From the NCBI GenBank assembly GCA_024679065.1, contig JAGIQG010000002.1:96038001-96102000 (forward strand): 64,000 bases of DNA. The letters are read 5' to 3'. This stretch comes from Sphyrna mokarran. Its lineage: Eukaryota. Each line of letters begins with the position of its first letter. Within the stretch, counting starts at the first letter, position 1. The position numbers and the translations under genes are program-made. Below, in pieces: positions 37,520 through 50,705 of the stretch. The notes under the pieces were generated by a model. That model saw nothing but the letters and a program-made list of their open reading frames with translations. It was not told where the DNA came from and ran no database searches.

Positions 37520-40114
37520 TGTTGGTGAAGGGATAATCAGGCTTGATGCTTCTACACACTGGTTAGACTCCCGCCGGAGGTAGCCGGAACCCGATACAAT
37601 TTGTAAGAGTCTGATCAGGAGTTCGAGCGAATTATGATCTGGCATCATGGAAGTTTAATGTTGCATGCAAGGTTGTTTTAATAATGGATGATACTGGCTG
37701 TGATTAAAGATTTGAGCGTAGCTTTTAGCTCTATGGAAGAGGGAGTTGAGATCAGCGTTGTGCCGGATTAAGGGGCTGTGGCATTCAAAGCAAATGACAA
37801 GGGATCGTCTCTGTTGCTGTGGTTACTAACAGCAGGACAAGCTATAAAGCCCGTTTAATGTGGCTTTTTGCATATTTGTAAGAAAACCGCAATATATTTA
37901 GAATTCCAAATGCGGTGGACATAATCAAATAATTCGATTTTAGTGTTCTGATGTTCTAGGTAACATTTTGCGTCCGTTCTTGGTTTTTGTAGCTGCCACA
38001 CTAGAGAACTGTGACAATGAATTAATTCAAAGGATGTTCAGTCCACATGGTGGCGCCATTTAGATCAATGTCAAAGCCGCTGTAGGGCAGCAAAAAATCC
38101 ATAAGCAGAAATACTTGGTCCATCGTTTTTCCAAAGCAGGAGTTGCAAAAGAAATATGTTCGTTTCTTAAATTCGAATCGAATGCTGAAGAACTTCGCAA
38201 GGTAAATTAAATCCAATAGGCCCGGAATATCCCAAAAGAACTCCCAAATAATCGTTTTTGCTAACAAAGGTAGGTGAGTGGACTCCATGTAGACACAACA
38301 TGGAGGTTTTATTCGACCCAAATCCACATAATAGTTTAAAGATTTTTCAACCCGCTGGATAAATGTACGACACCAGTGTCAACGAAATAAATATCACAGA
38401 TGTTATGTCTCAGTTAATGTAGCAATTAAAGATTAGGGAGCTGAAAGGTCCGTTTGAATTTTTTTTCATTTCGTCGGGAAATCCTCTGGGAAAGGGGGCT
38501 GCCCGGTTTCATTTCACAGCAGACTGGAATGGAATTTTCCAATGTAGAGGATAGTCGATACGATAAAGCTTACCGTTTAAGTAGTACACTTTGGTAAGCC
38601 ATTTTATAGCAGTAACAATATGAAATGCATATTGAAAGATTTACTGGTCATGAAAGAAAGATTTGGTTCAGGAGTTAAGCTTTTACTTTAAATTTCCGTT
38701 TCATCCTATTTCTTCTGTAGCACATTTTCACTTTTACAAAGTATCAACAAAACGCCATTATGAAAAAAATCGGCATGCCTGTTCTTAGAACTTGATGTGC
38801 AATGTTAAATTAAACTGGTTTCCAACAACCCGGGCACTTTGTATCTTCATGACGCGAATCCCTAAATGATCATATGTGTTATTTAAAATCTCAGATAAAG
38901 TTCATATATACTTACCCGTTAATCTTGGGCGTGGAGTTCAGTGTACAGCGCGTTTCTGTAAGTTGTTTGCTGAATTTTCTTGGGTGTCTTCCGTTTATGG
39001 AAAAAAAATCAACCCTTTATTTAAAGGAATAATCCATTCCAGTTTTATCTTCATCTGTTTCTTAAATATCGATTGAAAGTTAAAACTCCAAGTGAACCGT
39101 CGAGATTGCCTAATGCATTAATTTGAGTTTTGCCGCTTCTATGCCACATCGGGCAATGCTTATTTCGCATCAGTTCAAAGTTAACTTTAAAATTTAAAGA
39201 ATCATTGCACTTGTTGCAAGGAAAATTTTAGGGATATTGTTTTTTAAAAATCGATAGAACGCCAGCTTGTTTCTAATGCATGTACCAGACGAAATTAAAC
39301 GGTTAAATCAGGAATGAATGGAATGTATATTTACAGAGTATTTTCCTGCATATTTTTTCATTCAAACGCATACTTTTCTTTAAATATGGACGACTAAATT
39401 ACAAAGGCATTTAACTCGAAATAAAATAGCCTCAGATAAAGCAATGGGATGCAGAACGTTTGACAGAAAATCATTTTAGTTCTGGATTTATTAACTAAAC
39501 TTAAACGCGATTTTAGAGCCGTTTTGAAGTAAATTTGTTGTGAACATTATACCTGTTGGGCTTAAATTGCATGTGCAGAAAAACAAATCAAAATTGTCCT
39601 GTAGAACATCTCTTTCAGCAACGTTTCCCTCTAATAAACTGCCCAGCTAAAGTTACCCTAAAAAATTATATGCAACAACTATTATTGTGTTCATTTTTAT
39701 GTAGTATATGCATTGGAAGTAAAATGTGTATATAATGTATTTTGGTTCACTGTGCTTCCGTGTATACATATGTAAATTTACGTGACTGTGTTTATCTAGT
39801 GAAAGATTTGGTTTAAAAAAAGCTATGCATGAAATGCTGCCTGGTTTTAATCCGATTTTTTGCTTTAGTTAAATTGCAACTGACTTAGTTTCTAAATCCG
39901 AATAATGATTAGATTGTAGATTTGCAATATATTTTCTCCCTCTCAAATCTTTGTTTTAGACGATATGACAAAACGGACATCTTCCAATTCTTACGATGCT
40001 TGTTATTTTAATAAAATGTTAGCTAGTATTCGACGCATGCTATAACCCCATCAAGAATCAGTATAACCTCAATATTTAATGCATCTGAGCTGGAAGCTGA
40101 GGCAAATTCAGCTC

Positions 40115-40133
40115 ATAGCGCCCCCTAGGTCTA
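40115..40133 (-). promoter_or_regulatory. CTCF motif between HoxA11 and HoxA10
   Basis: The - strand reads TAGACCTAGGGGGCGCTAT, a close match to the CTCF core. Confidence 0.65.
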
Positions 40134-43100
40134 GAATCAGCACTTGCACAACAGCACATAAGTGATTCATTCTGGTTTTCCTTGCTGTAAAAGGTTTAAT
40201 CTGGCATTGAATAACTAAATTATTTTGATAATCAGAAATTAATAAATGAAACTAATAAGCGGGTTCTGTTTCTGTGGGTAGTCGTTACTTTTACTCCCAC
40301 AAGAACCTTATATTGCCAATGGTAGCCTATCTGTAAGAGGTTATATATTTAAAAAGAGACGCCTTCAGCAGTCTCCCTTTTGCTCGGAACATAACATTAC
40401 ATATTCCAAAAAGCATCTCATAGGTAACAATTGCCAAAATCGAAACATCTAAAATGTATGCAAGTATTAAACAGTTCGTTAAATAGGTCAGGGGTTTCTC
40501 AAGTTATAATTGGACAAATCCCCCCAAAAAACTGGAGAAACACGGAAGATTTTACACGTGAGATTGCCAACACTTTGCAACTGTGAAGAATGAATAAGAA
40601 ACAGTAAGAGGAACCAAAGAACAAACATTAGCCCCGACCTGCCGCTGTGAGCTTCAATTTAACTGTTCGGAAAATAGAACCGTCTAGACATCTCAAAGTT
40701 AATTGCACATTCATCGATTTTTTTTAGATTAGCTAATTTCTTCTTTTGCGATTTCACAGAAAACGCACGGCAACCGCTTTTCATTTCAGGCAGCTAGTTA
40801 AATTTTATAATTATTCATATTCAAGGGCATTTTCGAGTTAGCGCCCTAACACATTACTTTGCATGCAAACTTTCGCAGTGTAACAACTGAACTCCGCAAA
40901 AGAAATAATAATGTGCGTTAACAAATATTTCCCTAAAGAACAGCCTTATTTCTATAGCACTGAATTGCCAAAAAAAGATAGCCCTGGTTACAGTAGATCC
41001 TTTGTTTAGAAGAAGGAAATGTAATAGTGAAAGGTTAACGTTTACTTTATTCTGGATCATTGAAACTATATATTAAACAGAAATAGCATGTGCACACTTC
41101 ATATTTGAAGACGTTACGCTGCATTTTGTTAAGCTTATGTTATTGAGCGATTTTAGATTGAGCATTGATACCACAAATCTTTTTTGTTCTGAGGTATCAA
41201 ACTATTGAATGATAGCGTTCCAATCAGTGCAGCTCTACACAGGAGACTAATGTGAGAAATTTGTTGTAATTGTATATTTTACGCCGAGACTTTATTTTCG
41301 ATGTGGCACATAACATGGGCATTCTTTTGGTTTGTGACCTGACCCCCGCTGCGTCACCTTCACCGTGGCCTAAGTGACTGAATTGCAGTATTTTGGGGGT
41401 GTTGGGGCGGGAGGTTGCGGGGGGGGGGGGGGGAATAAACTCAATGGACAATTCAGTCAGCGGATTTCAATAACACTGTGCACCAATTTACATAGAATAA
41501 CGCCAAATAAAATCAGAATCTGATTATAAATTATATAAATTAACATCAAGTTACCTTCCCAAATAAACCGCTCCGTATTTCAACAAAATCCAATCAAAAC
41601 CTCTTTAATTCTAAAGCGACATGGAAGGGTATATCTGAGCGTGTCGACGCTTTTCTGTCTTTATGTTCATGTGTTTTGTATGCGTGGTTTCTGCAAATGT
41701 GAACATTTTTCACCTGTATTCTTTGAAGGGAAATTAGCGTCTGAATCATTGAAAGACTTCTTTTTTAAAAGGAAAACCGGTATCAACGTGTCATTCATAA
41801 TACTGCACAGGAAACAATTCGCTCTATTCAGCCTAGATAATAGATTTTAAACCCTGACAACAAGGTTCCCCTCCACCACCCCCCCCCCCCCCCCCACCCC
41901 ACACACACACACTATTTCCATCGGAACGTTACTTTGAATTGCTGGAAAAGTTTTTAATTGAACAGCTTTTGAGTGACAGAAACTGATGCTGATATATAAA
42001 ATGTGTAAATGGTTCCAGTTGTCACAGGAGCGTAAACCATCAACTTCACATTTAGAACATTTACCTTGCGAAATGTTATGCATTGTTCATATTCGGACTC
42101 GGTGGATTCATTTCGAATCACAAACTTCCATCGCTATCCCCTTGTTTTCATTGCTTAAGTGGATTCCTAGTAAATAATTGTAGAAAAAGTAAAATTGCTG
42201 AACGGAAATCGCTTAAGATAAAACAAAAGAATGTATTCATACTTTACTCCAAACATTTCCACTGATTTGTTTAAGGAAATATGTTTTATTATTTACTGGG
42301 ATTAATATTATCATACCAACGCGTGTTAAACAGTCATGTGCCAATTTCTGTTGTACTTTATGTTTTAATCTGTCTTGCTATGAACAGTAGAAGTTTTTCG
42401 CCCTGCTTTCTGATTCGATTCCCGTTTCTTTCTGTTGGAATGCATCTGTTAAAAGATTGTTTAAGCAACACTGTTTGCTTCTCTCAGTTTTAAACCATTT
42501 TTGTTTAGTCTGAGCAATAAGTACCCTCAAAACTATTCGTGGTTTCCGTGCAATTGAATGCGGTTGCGACAATTTAACAAATTATTTAGAATGATAGATT
42601 TAAGATAAAGGAAGCTTGAAGCGATTCCACCATGGACCAGTTGATTGCCTTTTGATTTTAACGCTGTTGACGACGATCTGTGTCCTTTAGATTGTGCTTT
42701 AAGAAGAAACTCTGTATAAGGTTCCAATTGGGAAACGTTTAAAATTAAATCCAGGTCTTTTTGCTCCTTTTTTTAAATGTACTTTGTGTTTTAAACTTTA
42801 AATGTAAAAAAAGAAACACTAATACCGTGGGGTTGTCAGTCTTCAGTGCTTTTATCCATAAATAATTTGCACACATTCATAAAGTTTACTTTGTAAAAAG
42901 ATCCATCTGCAAAACCATTGTGATGGACAAACTGTACATGGGTCTCAGATGCCTGTAAACTCTTTTAATATATAGCAAGTAAAAAGGGCGCCATTGTTTT
43001 CAGATTTATTTTTGACGCACAAAACACTTATTTTTCTTCGAACTAGCCAGCGAATCATGAATAATTATATATTTTAAAAGAATAAAGGGGATATGTATTA

Positions 43101-46100
43101 AAATAAAGTCCTCAATGGCAAGTATAGCTCTAGTTGCTAGACTGAAAAGAATTCGCTGCGCACATACAATGGCGCGTACACTTGAAGAGTGAGGCGATTT
43201 AAAAAAAAACTTCGCAAAGTGTTTCATACATTTTGTTAATGAAATCAGAGGCAAATAATTGCAAGTAAGTTCACTCCGAGCGGAAAGAGATGGATATATG
43301 AGACTTCTCTTTGGATCTTTATTTAAGAAAGCACAGTGAAAGGCTCATTCTGTCTGACTTTCAGTCTTAAGTTCACGATCTAGGCTAAGAACGAGCTCGA
43401 GCTCTGAGTGCGGTCAGCCTACTCTGTTCAGGCTTTGAAATCACTTATTTACCAGAGAACTGCCGCTCACTCCACTGATTTCTATCTTCGCTCTTTCACC
43501 GCTGGCAGGACAACATATCTTCTACCTCGTTCAATGCAATGTTTCAAGACGTTTGTTTATTGCTGAAGCGCTGAAGGAGAAATGGAGAAATCATGTAATA
43601 ACCACGATCAATAGAGTTTGGAAATGAGAAAATTGTCTTCGTTGTTCTTTCTTCTGTCAAGGGGAATGTGTTAAACGCTAAAATAAATGTATAACATGCG
43701 GGTTTAGGCGGGATCTATAAAGCTTTGTCTATATATATGTATAGTGATGTTACATGATCAAGCGATTTTTCTGCCCCTATTCTTCCTTGGCGGAGTTAAT
43801 CATATTTCTTGACTGTTAGCAATGTCGTAATTAGAACTTACGGCATCTTAGAAACTAGGAAAGAAACTTTTCGCCAGCAAATAAATGTTTCCTGCTTCAA
43901 TTACTTCCCAGAGCGTGGCTTTTTAATGTATACAGGAGTCACACGGCCCTCGCCCCGTTCCTACCAATAAAGTTCCGAAAGAGCAGGAGTGCCCTTAGAA
44001 ACTGCAGCAACCAATCTACTATCCATATTGCGGTTTTACTGGGAAATTGGGTTATAAACATTTAAGCCCAACACTACCAAAAAAGTACACGAATAAAATT
44101 ACCCGAACATGGAATCAATGCTATATTTACTATCAGAACCCAGATAAATAGCCTGCCTTCAACACATAAGCGCGCTGCTAGTTAGCATTGTACAGTAGTT
44201 TGAATCGTTATATATGAGTCTCTGGTATAGATGACAATTGTTATTTCCCTCCCATTAAATCTCCGTATGCTCCCATGATCATACGTGTCATAGGCACAGT
44301 GGGACTGCAAAAGGGAAATTTTCTTTTTTTTTGATAAAGTTTTTTATAGGGTTTCTAGACGACCCTGATAATTCTAAGCAGTTGCTAAAAAAACATGCAA
44401 GAATAAGGAATCCTTTGAGGCGGCCCCTTAGCAAACACGCTGCGTGCAAAGCCGGCCTTCATATCCCGCTGACTTTACCACAAACGATATTTTCAATAAC
44501 CTGCTTTAGATTAGCAACATTTTCTGAGCTTCAATCCAGCGCCAGGAGTTAAAATAACAACAATGGGGATGGTAGTGTAGGGATGAGGCTTGCTGATGTT
44601 GGGGAAGGGGGTGGTGGGGGGGGGGGTGGAATTCGAGGGCGCTTTAAAATGACCTCGCAGTAAAACGCAGCAACGCCAGAGACTGAAGATTAAGTCCTTT
44701 GTCACTGTGAAATCACACTGTTTACTCCCGATCCCAACCTAAAGGCTACTTCTGCGGGCGTCATTATTGGCTGCACTTGATTGCAGAGGTGGCCGAACAA
44801 AATACGACTAACAAGTCGCCTGTTCGAAACTGCATTGATATATGTCACATTGTACATAAATGTCACAAAATCATTAATTCGAAGAAAAAACTATGCACAT
44901 ACATTAATAAACATACACATTTCCTTTCGTCAAAATGTTACTTTTTGAGGATGTGGTGGTGAGCTAGCATACTCCTTAATTTCTTTACCGCAACTTCTAC
45001 CGGCACCAGTAATAGGGATAAAAGTGTCACTCTGTCTATATTTGTCTCTGAACGCTACCTCATTCCGAAAAAAAGGTTCACAAACCGAAGCTCCCTCTTC
45101 CCTGCTGAAACAGTTAGGGTAATTGCAGTTTTATTTTCTAACTTTATTTTCTAAAGTTACCTTTCGGATAGGGTGGCGAGAGAAACTCTGGATGAAGCTT
45201 CTGTTCGGCGCCTTATTTCAAATTTGACCGGTTTGTAGATGAGCACCTTGTAAAATTCTGTTTAACAATGTTGTTTCCCCTTTTTGAGACGAAATGATTA
45301 GATCGATTTTATAGATGTGTTAAATGCTGTCTACTGTAGCCCAGCCAGCGGAAGAACACATGGTTAAAACATTTTGAAAGAAATGTTTCGATTTCTTGAA
45401 ATGGCAAGTATGAAATATCAGAAATGGTCAAGGTTCAATCAACTTCTAATATGCAATGCTGGCGAAATAGAAGAGGAAAGATAATAAATGGGTTGTGTTA
45501 CTTTATTAGTTTGTTGTCACTGACCTTCTACACTTAACCTACAGAGCTACAGCACGTTGCATTAACCTACTAAACTTTAGACTACAAACAGCAAACCAGA
45601 AATGCAATCTAGCGGCTGTATGTTCCGACCATGCGTCACAGAATAGTACTGGAAGTAACAATCAGCAAAGCCCCAGCGTGGATCACAATTATAGTGATCA
45701 CTGTGGAAATGTAGCAGCAACCGGCAAACTAATCACAGGCAGACCCGGGAAAGTCAAGATTACTCATGTTTTCTCGCCTGTAGCCGCCAGGGAATCTTAG
45801 TGTGTGATTATAATTGCCTAATGTTGGGCTGAAACTTTCCTTTTTTTACCAACTTCATCTGTGAATAATTTAAAATAATAAACGGATTGCTACTATGACT
45901 CAGTAACACCGCGTTAAGTCTTGCTGAAAGTTCTGGTGATAGCCTGTTACACATTGGAGCCCCGCTTTTATTTTATTTGAAGGACGTGATTCTAATAAAG
46001 TAGAACCGAGTAAATAAAGATGCATTTAGACGCTTTTGCAGTTTACCGATTACATATGGTGACCTTATTGCAGTTGTAGTGACGCAGCCCTCCATGGAGG

Positions 46101-46246
46101 AGGGGCTTGTGTTCAATTGTGCCATTCGATTGGCTCATCCCGCCTGTCGTGCTGCGGAGGTATCTCTAATCATATTCAGCGTGTTTGCACAAGAAATGTC
46201 AGCCTGAACTGGATATCTTCTGCTTTCGCCAAATTACCCCACAACA

Positions 46247-47006
46247 ATGTCATGCTCAGACAGCCCGTCTGCAAACTCCTTTTTAGTAGATTCTCTGATC
46301 AGCGTGGGCCGTGGCGGGGAAGGAACCTATTACCCCAACAGCAGCGTGTACCTGCCGCCTGCCTCTGAGCTCCCTTACGGCACCCAGAACTGTGGACTTT
46401 TCCCATCTCTGAGCAAACGCAGCGAGAACAACTCTCAGAGTATGGTCCTGACTTCTCATCCTTACATGAGCGGGATGGAAGTCTGGTCAGAACCCCCAAG
46501 GTCCTGTCGCATGGAGCAACCTGCAACCCAGCAAGTAGCAGCCTGTTCCTTCCCCCAGAATATCAAAGAAGAGAATGCATACTGTTTATATGATTCTGAG
46601 AAATGTCCCAAAAGCGCAACAGCAACAGATCTTTCCACGTTCCCAAGGCTAACATCAGATTCGTGCTCCAATAGTGACACGACTACTAGCGGCGGGGTTC
46701 CTGTCCCTGGCTATTTCCGTCTGTCCCAAGCCTATCCGACATCCAAACAGACACTTTATAACAACACGGGGCAGGTTGGGGCCTCTCCATTCGTACCCCA
46801 GTCCCAGATCCGTTTTGGAACACCCCCTTCTTCAGCTTCGACCCCGACTGAGTTGGGGAGGAAAGGAAGTGAGGGGACATCCCCCGGTCATTTAACCTGC
46901 AGTTCGGAAAGAGAAGAAGCAGAAGCTCCGGCTTCTTCCGCCAACGAAGAGTCATCTCCAGTCCCTTCAGAAAGCAGTAAAAACTCTCCTGAGAAAGAAA
47001 CAAAAG
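46247..47006 (+). CDS. HoxA10: Homeobox protein HoxA10, exon 1
   Basis: MSCSDSPSANSFLVDSLIS..NCGLFPSLSKR..CSFPQNIKEENAYCLYDSEKCPK..VPVPGYFRLSQAY. Phase-1 donor G|GTAGGT at 47007. Confidence 0.97.
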
Positions 47007-47124
47007 GTAGGTAAATAAGAGGAGGGTTGCGGGGGGGTGGGGGGTGGAATTTATACAGCCAGCACTCAGAAACGGGTAGACGTGGCAGGTACAGCCAACA
47101 AGCGTAACAAAGGGGGTTTTATTC

Positions 47125-47138
47125 TGACCTTGTGAACT
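47125..47138 (-). promoter_or_regulatory. Perfect DR2 retinoic-acid-response-element-like motif in the HoxA10 intron
   Basis: TGACCT-TG-TGAACT reads AGTTCA-CA-AGGTCA on the - strand, and both half-sites match RGKTCA. Confidence 0.55.
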
Positions 47139-48547
47139 TTTAATTTTTGGGCGTGAGCTATGCTGTAAAAATTAATGCCTACTATAGTTTATAGCACGGG
47201 CCCACGCTCTGGAGTCAATTGTAGCTACATTCTAAACTTGTCAGATAAGTTACAAACCACGAATCCTTTCTGCAGTTATTTAAGCGGACCGCATAGAAGG
47301 ACATATTTGCACACAGGGTCCAAAGTAAACACAGCACAGCCAATAAATAATACTCAAAGGGATCCAGTGATGTTTTATGTTCCAGCGCTCTTTTTGAGAA
47401 AAAAACATACAAAAAGAGAAAAGTTTTCTCAAAGTAGGAAAAGCTGAAACTCTCATCTTGTACTGTTTGATGTTTGTTACTATCTTCCCAGTGCAGACTA
47501 TTATCTGTCTTAGTTTTTTCTTTAAAAAAAAACACATCTGAACTTATAAATATGTTTTAGTCGTTAGTTAGATTTGATATTGTCTGAAATCCAGGTGGAG
47601 GTGTCGCCACAGAAAGATTGACATTTTGGGGACAATTTTAGTCTTAACTTTAACGAACTTGCGTAGGAACCATTTTATAAAGTCATTTCAAATAAGATGA
47701 AACAATGAGGTCTTGGAAAGGGTTGAATACATTCCAGCGATGTGGAAAACACTCCAAACTGTTGCATTTGAATTCTTCACGTAAACGCAAAACTTTGTTT
47801 CACTTAGACTAAAGCAATAGATAAACGCAGATTTTGAACGTGGAGAGAAAGCGGACAGAAAGCAAATTAGAAATAATACTACAAAGGCAGACAATGCCTC
47901 CTGGAGCTAAGCAAAATATTGAATGTTACCGATAATTTCAGTAAATCAGCCCCAGCAGTGGGTAATTAATTATTAAGCCACTTTAAAAAGGAAAATGAAC
48001 GAGATTCTTGTAGAATAAAAATGCAACCAAACAGTATCAACTTCAAGTGTGCAACAAGCTTAGTAATTATTTCAAAGAAACCTTTCAGCGTCAAAATAGA
48101 GTTTGAAAACCGATTTTGTCTTCAGTTTAAATCGAGCTGAAACTCACTTTCACTTTTTTCTTTTACAGACCCTTTTGAGCTCTATAATAATGAATGTGTT
48201 ATCTTTTGCGGTCTGTGTGAATATGCATAAAGCGTGCTGACAAATAACGAAGCTGTACAATACTAACTAAAATGCAGTAGCATAGAATCTAAACAGAACG
48301 TTGAAAATTGGGACATTTAAGTCCTTCATAATGCATCTTAAAATGCTTAGGTTTAGTGACACTTTAGCGGGATGAGTGCAGTACAGTCATCACATGTAGG
48401 CTTATATTGAAATTATATTGCAAAACGTGATAAACTTTCTTCTCTTTCTCTCCCTTTCTTCATCTTTTATCTCGAATACCTCTATTTATCTTTCTATTGG
48501 GTTTCTTGTTTCCTCTCTCTCTCTCATTCTCACCCTTCACTTATTAG

Positions 48548-48822
48548 GGGAAGTGAAAGCTGAAAACGGGGCGAATTGGCTGACTGCAAAGAGTGGCAGA
48601 AAAAAACGATGCCCTTACACCAAACATCAGACCCTGGAACTGGAGAAAGAGTTTCTCTTCAACATGTACCTGACTCGAGAGCGTCGCCTAGAGATTAGCC
48701 GCAGTGTCCACCTGACTGACAGACAGGTCAAAATCTGGTTTCAAAATCGCAGGATGAAACTCAAGAAAATGAATCGTGAGAACAGGATTCGGGAGCTTAC
48801 AGCTAACTTCAGCTTCTCATGA
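48548..48822 (+). CDS. HoxA10: Homeobox protein HoxA10, exon 2 (344 aa spliced product)
   Basis: A long polypyrimidine tract precedes TTATTAG|, followed by [91 protein letters not shown]. The exons total 760+275=1035 nt. Confidence 0.98.
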
Positions 48823-50621
48823 TGAGCACAAAAACTGGTTTAAGGATTTTAACGGGACATCGGGAAGCTGTGCTATTGTTACTAAAAGACTAAAAACTTT
48901 TCCACTTACCTCTGACTTCTCAGCCGTGCGCTGGTTGTAGATATTTACGATTTATGTGTTTTGTTTTTATTTGTGGCGAGAGTCTGTTTCTGTAACTATA
49001 ATAATAAGTATTGCCATTGATAAGCAAGGCATGCACAGAAGTTATCGCCCTGTATGATGATTTTTCAACCAACTGTGGGGGGAGGGGGGACTTGACAACA
49101 ATCTTTTAATTGTGCTAATTACCAATTATCAGCTAAGTAAATCAAACTTTGTAATATTTAAATACAGATGACCCATGCTGTTAAAATAATTCCAAAATAA
49201 GTAACTACCGTATACTGACATGTTAATAGAAGTTAAATGTGAATATGCTGTAAAGTGTGTTGTTGCATAAAGATATCACAAACCATGAGCAGAAATATCA
49301 GAACACATGTAAATGTGAAATATTATTGCAAAGACTAAAGAGTAGAATGTCGGACCTTTTATTCACCGTCGTCGATTCACTTTTAGAAAAATAAGAAAAC
49401 AAACAAATAGAATTGATTCATTTGAGTTTGCAAAGATGAAATATTCTCCATGAGGACTCAAATTATGCTCAATCCTATTGCTGCTGCACTGTGTACGTAA
49501 ACAAAACTTGTGTTTTCATGAAAGATGAATAAAATGTATTTGGTCGGAGTCCTTTGAGATAGGTATATGTATATTGTTTTTACTTCATTTTGTGTTCAAT
49601 TTCTTTTTCCTTACCTTATCTGTTGAGGAAGCTTTCAGCAAGAATGGTGGGTTTAAAGGCTGGCAATTACCGTTGCAATCTATTTAAATATTACCTAGAC
49701 GGTCGTAATTTGTCTGGGCTATATAGCAATGGTGCTGTAACGTTTGTCGGCTTTTGTTGAGTTTTATGACTTGCTAGTATATCTGGGTTGTTGCTGTCTT
49801 GGACGAGTGGTTTCAGTTGAGCGAACAGCCACGAAGACAGAGGAAGCAGAGCACAGCTCGGATGTAGGAAATTGATTTGCTTTGAACACAATACACTTCA
49901 GATCCTTTAATCGGTTAAAATCAGAAGAGTGTGAGGAATCGAAAAAAGCAGCAGATAAGACCTTTGGAGACATTTACGATGAAGGTAAGGTCTGTAAGAG
50001 GAACGAATGCTAAGGCCTATTATCTTATATTTGGAACTAATAGGTAAGAGATTCTTTCTGGCGACCTTGCATCTAGTATATTTTGAAATGCCAATAGTGC
50101 TGTTCGCAATTAGAAGTGAAAGTTACTATTTTGTTTTTTGCTTGTGGCGGTGAAGAAGAGAAAAAGAAAATCTATCTCTGCAGGCTATGTCATCTGACCA
50201 GCTCTTTTCTTCAGACAAACCTTGAACTCGTGATTATTGCAGTGCAGACAAGTTGCTATGGCTTATCATCACTGGAGTGAATGACATGCATTCAGATCGC
50301 GTCAAATCCTGCACAGAGATAATAAAGAACCCGCCATATTTAGTGGGGAGCTAACAATTATTCTCGTGCTGAATTTGCAATTAAATCTATTCATTTGAAT
50401 ACAAATCCGGCCTGGAACGCGGAAGCAAAGCTGAAATACTTGGGAGATTATTTCAGGGACCCACAATATTGCACGATGAAGGAGTGCCTTTCGTGTTTGG
50501 TAAATTGCAATGCGAGGTTGTGACGAGAAGCATCATAATGTGACTTTTTTTTCTATTTGAGTAAGCTTGTTGAATCATCCTTATGTATGTACAGTGATAG
50601 GAAACTAAACAGCTGAGATAG

Positions 50622-50705
50622 AACTGATGTGTGATTTAGGTAGTTTCATGTTGTTGGGGCTCAAGTCTATCTCTACAACACGAAACTGCCTGAATTACTG
50701 CAGTT
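50622..50705 (+). ncRNA. mir-196: miR-196 precursor (HoxA-linked; syntenic position of mammalian miR-196b)
   Basis: Mature 5p TAGGTAGTTTCATGTTGTTGGG at 50637-50658. The complementary 3p arm CTACAACACGAAACTGCCTGA is at 50673-50693, and the basal stem is AACTG/CAGTT. It lies between Hox10 and Hox9 as expected. Confidence 0.97.
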
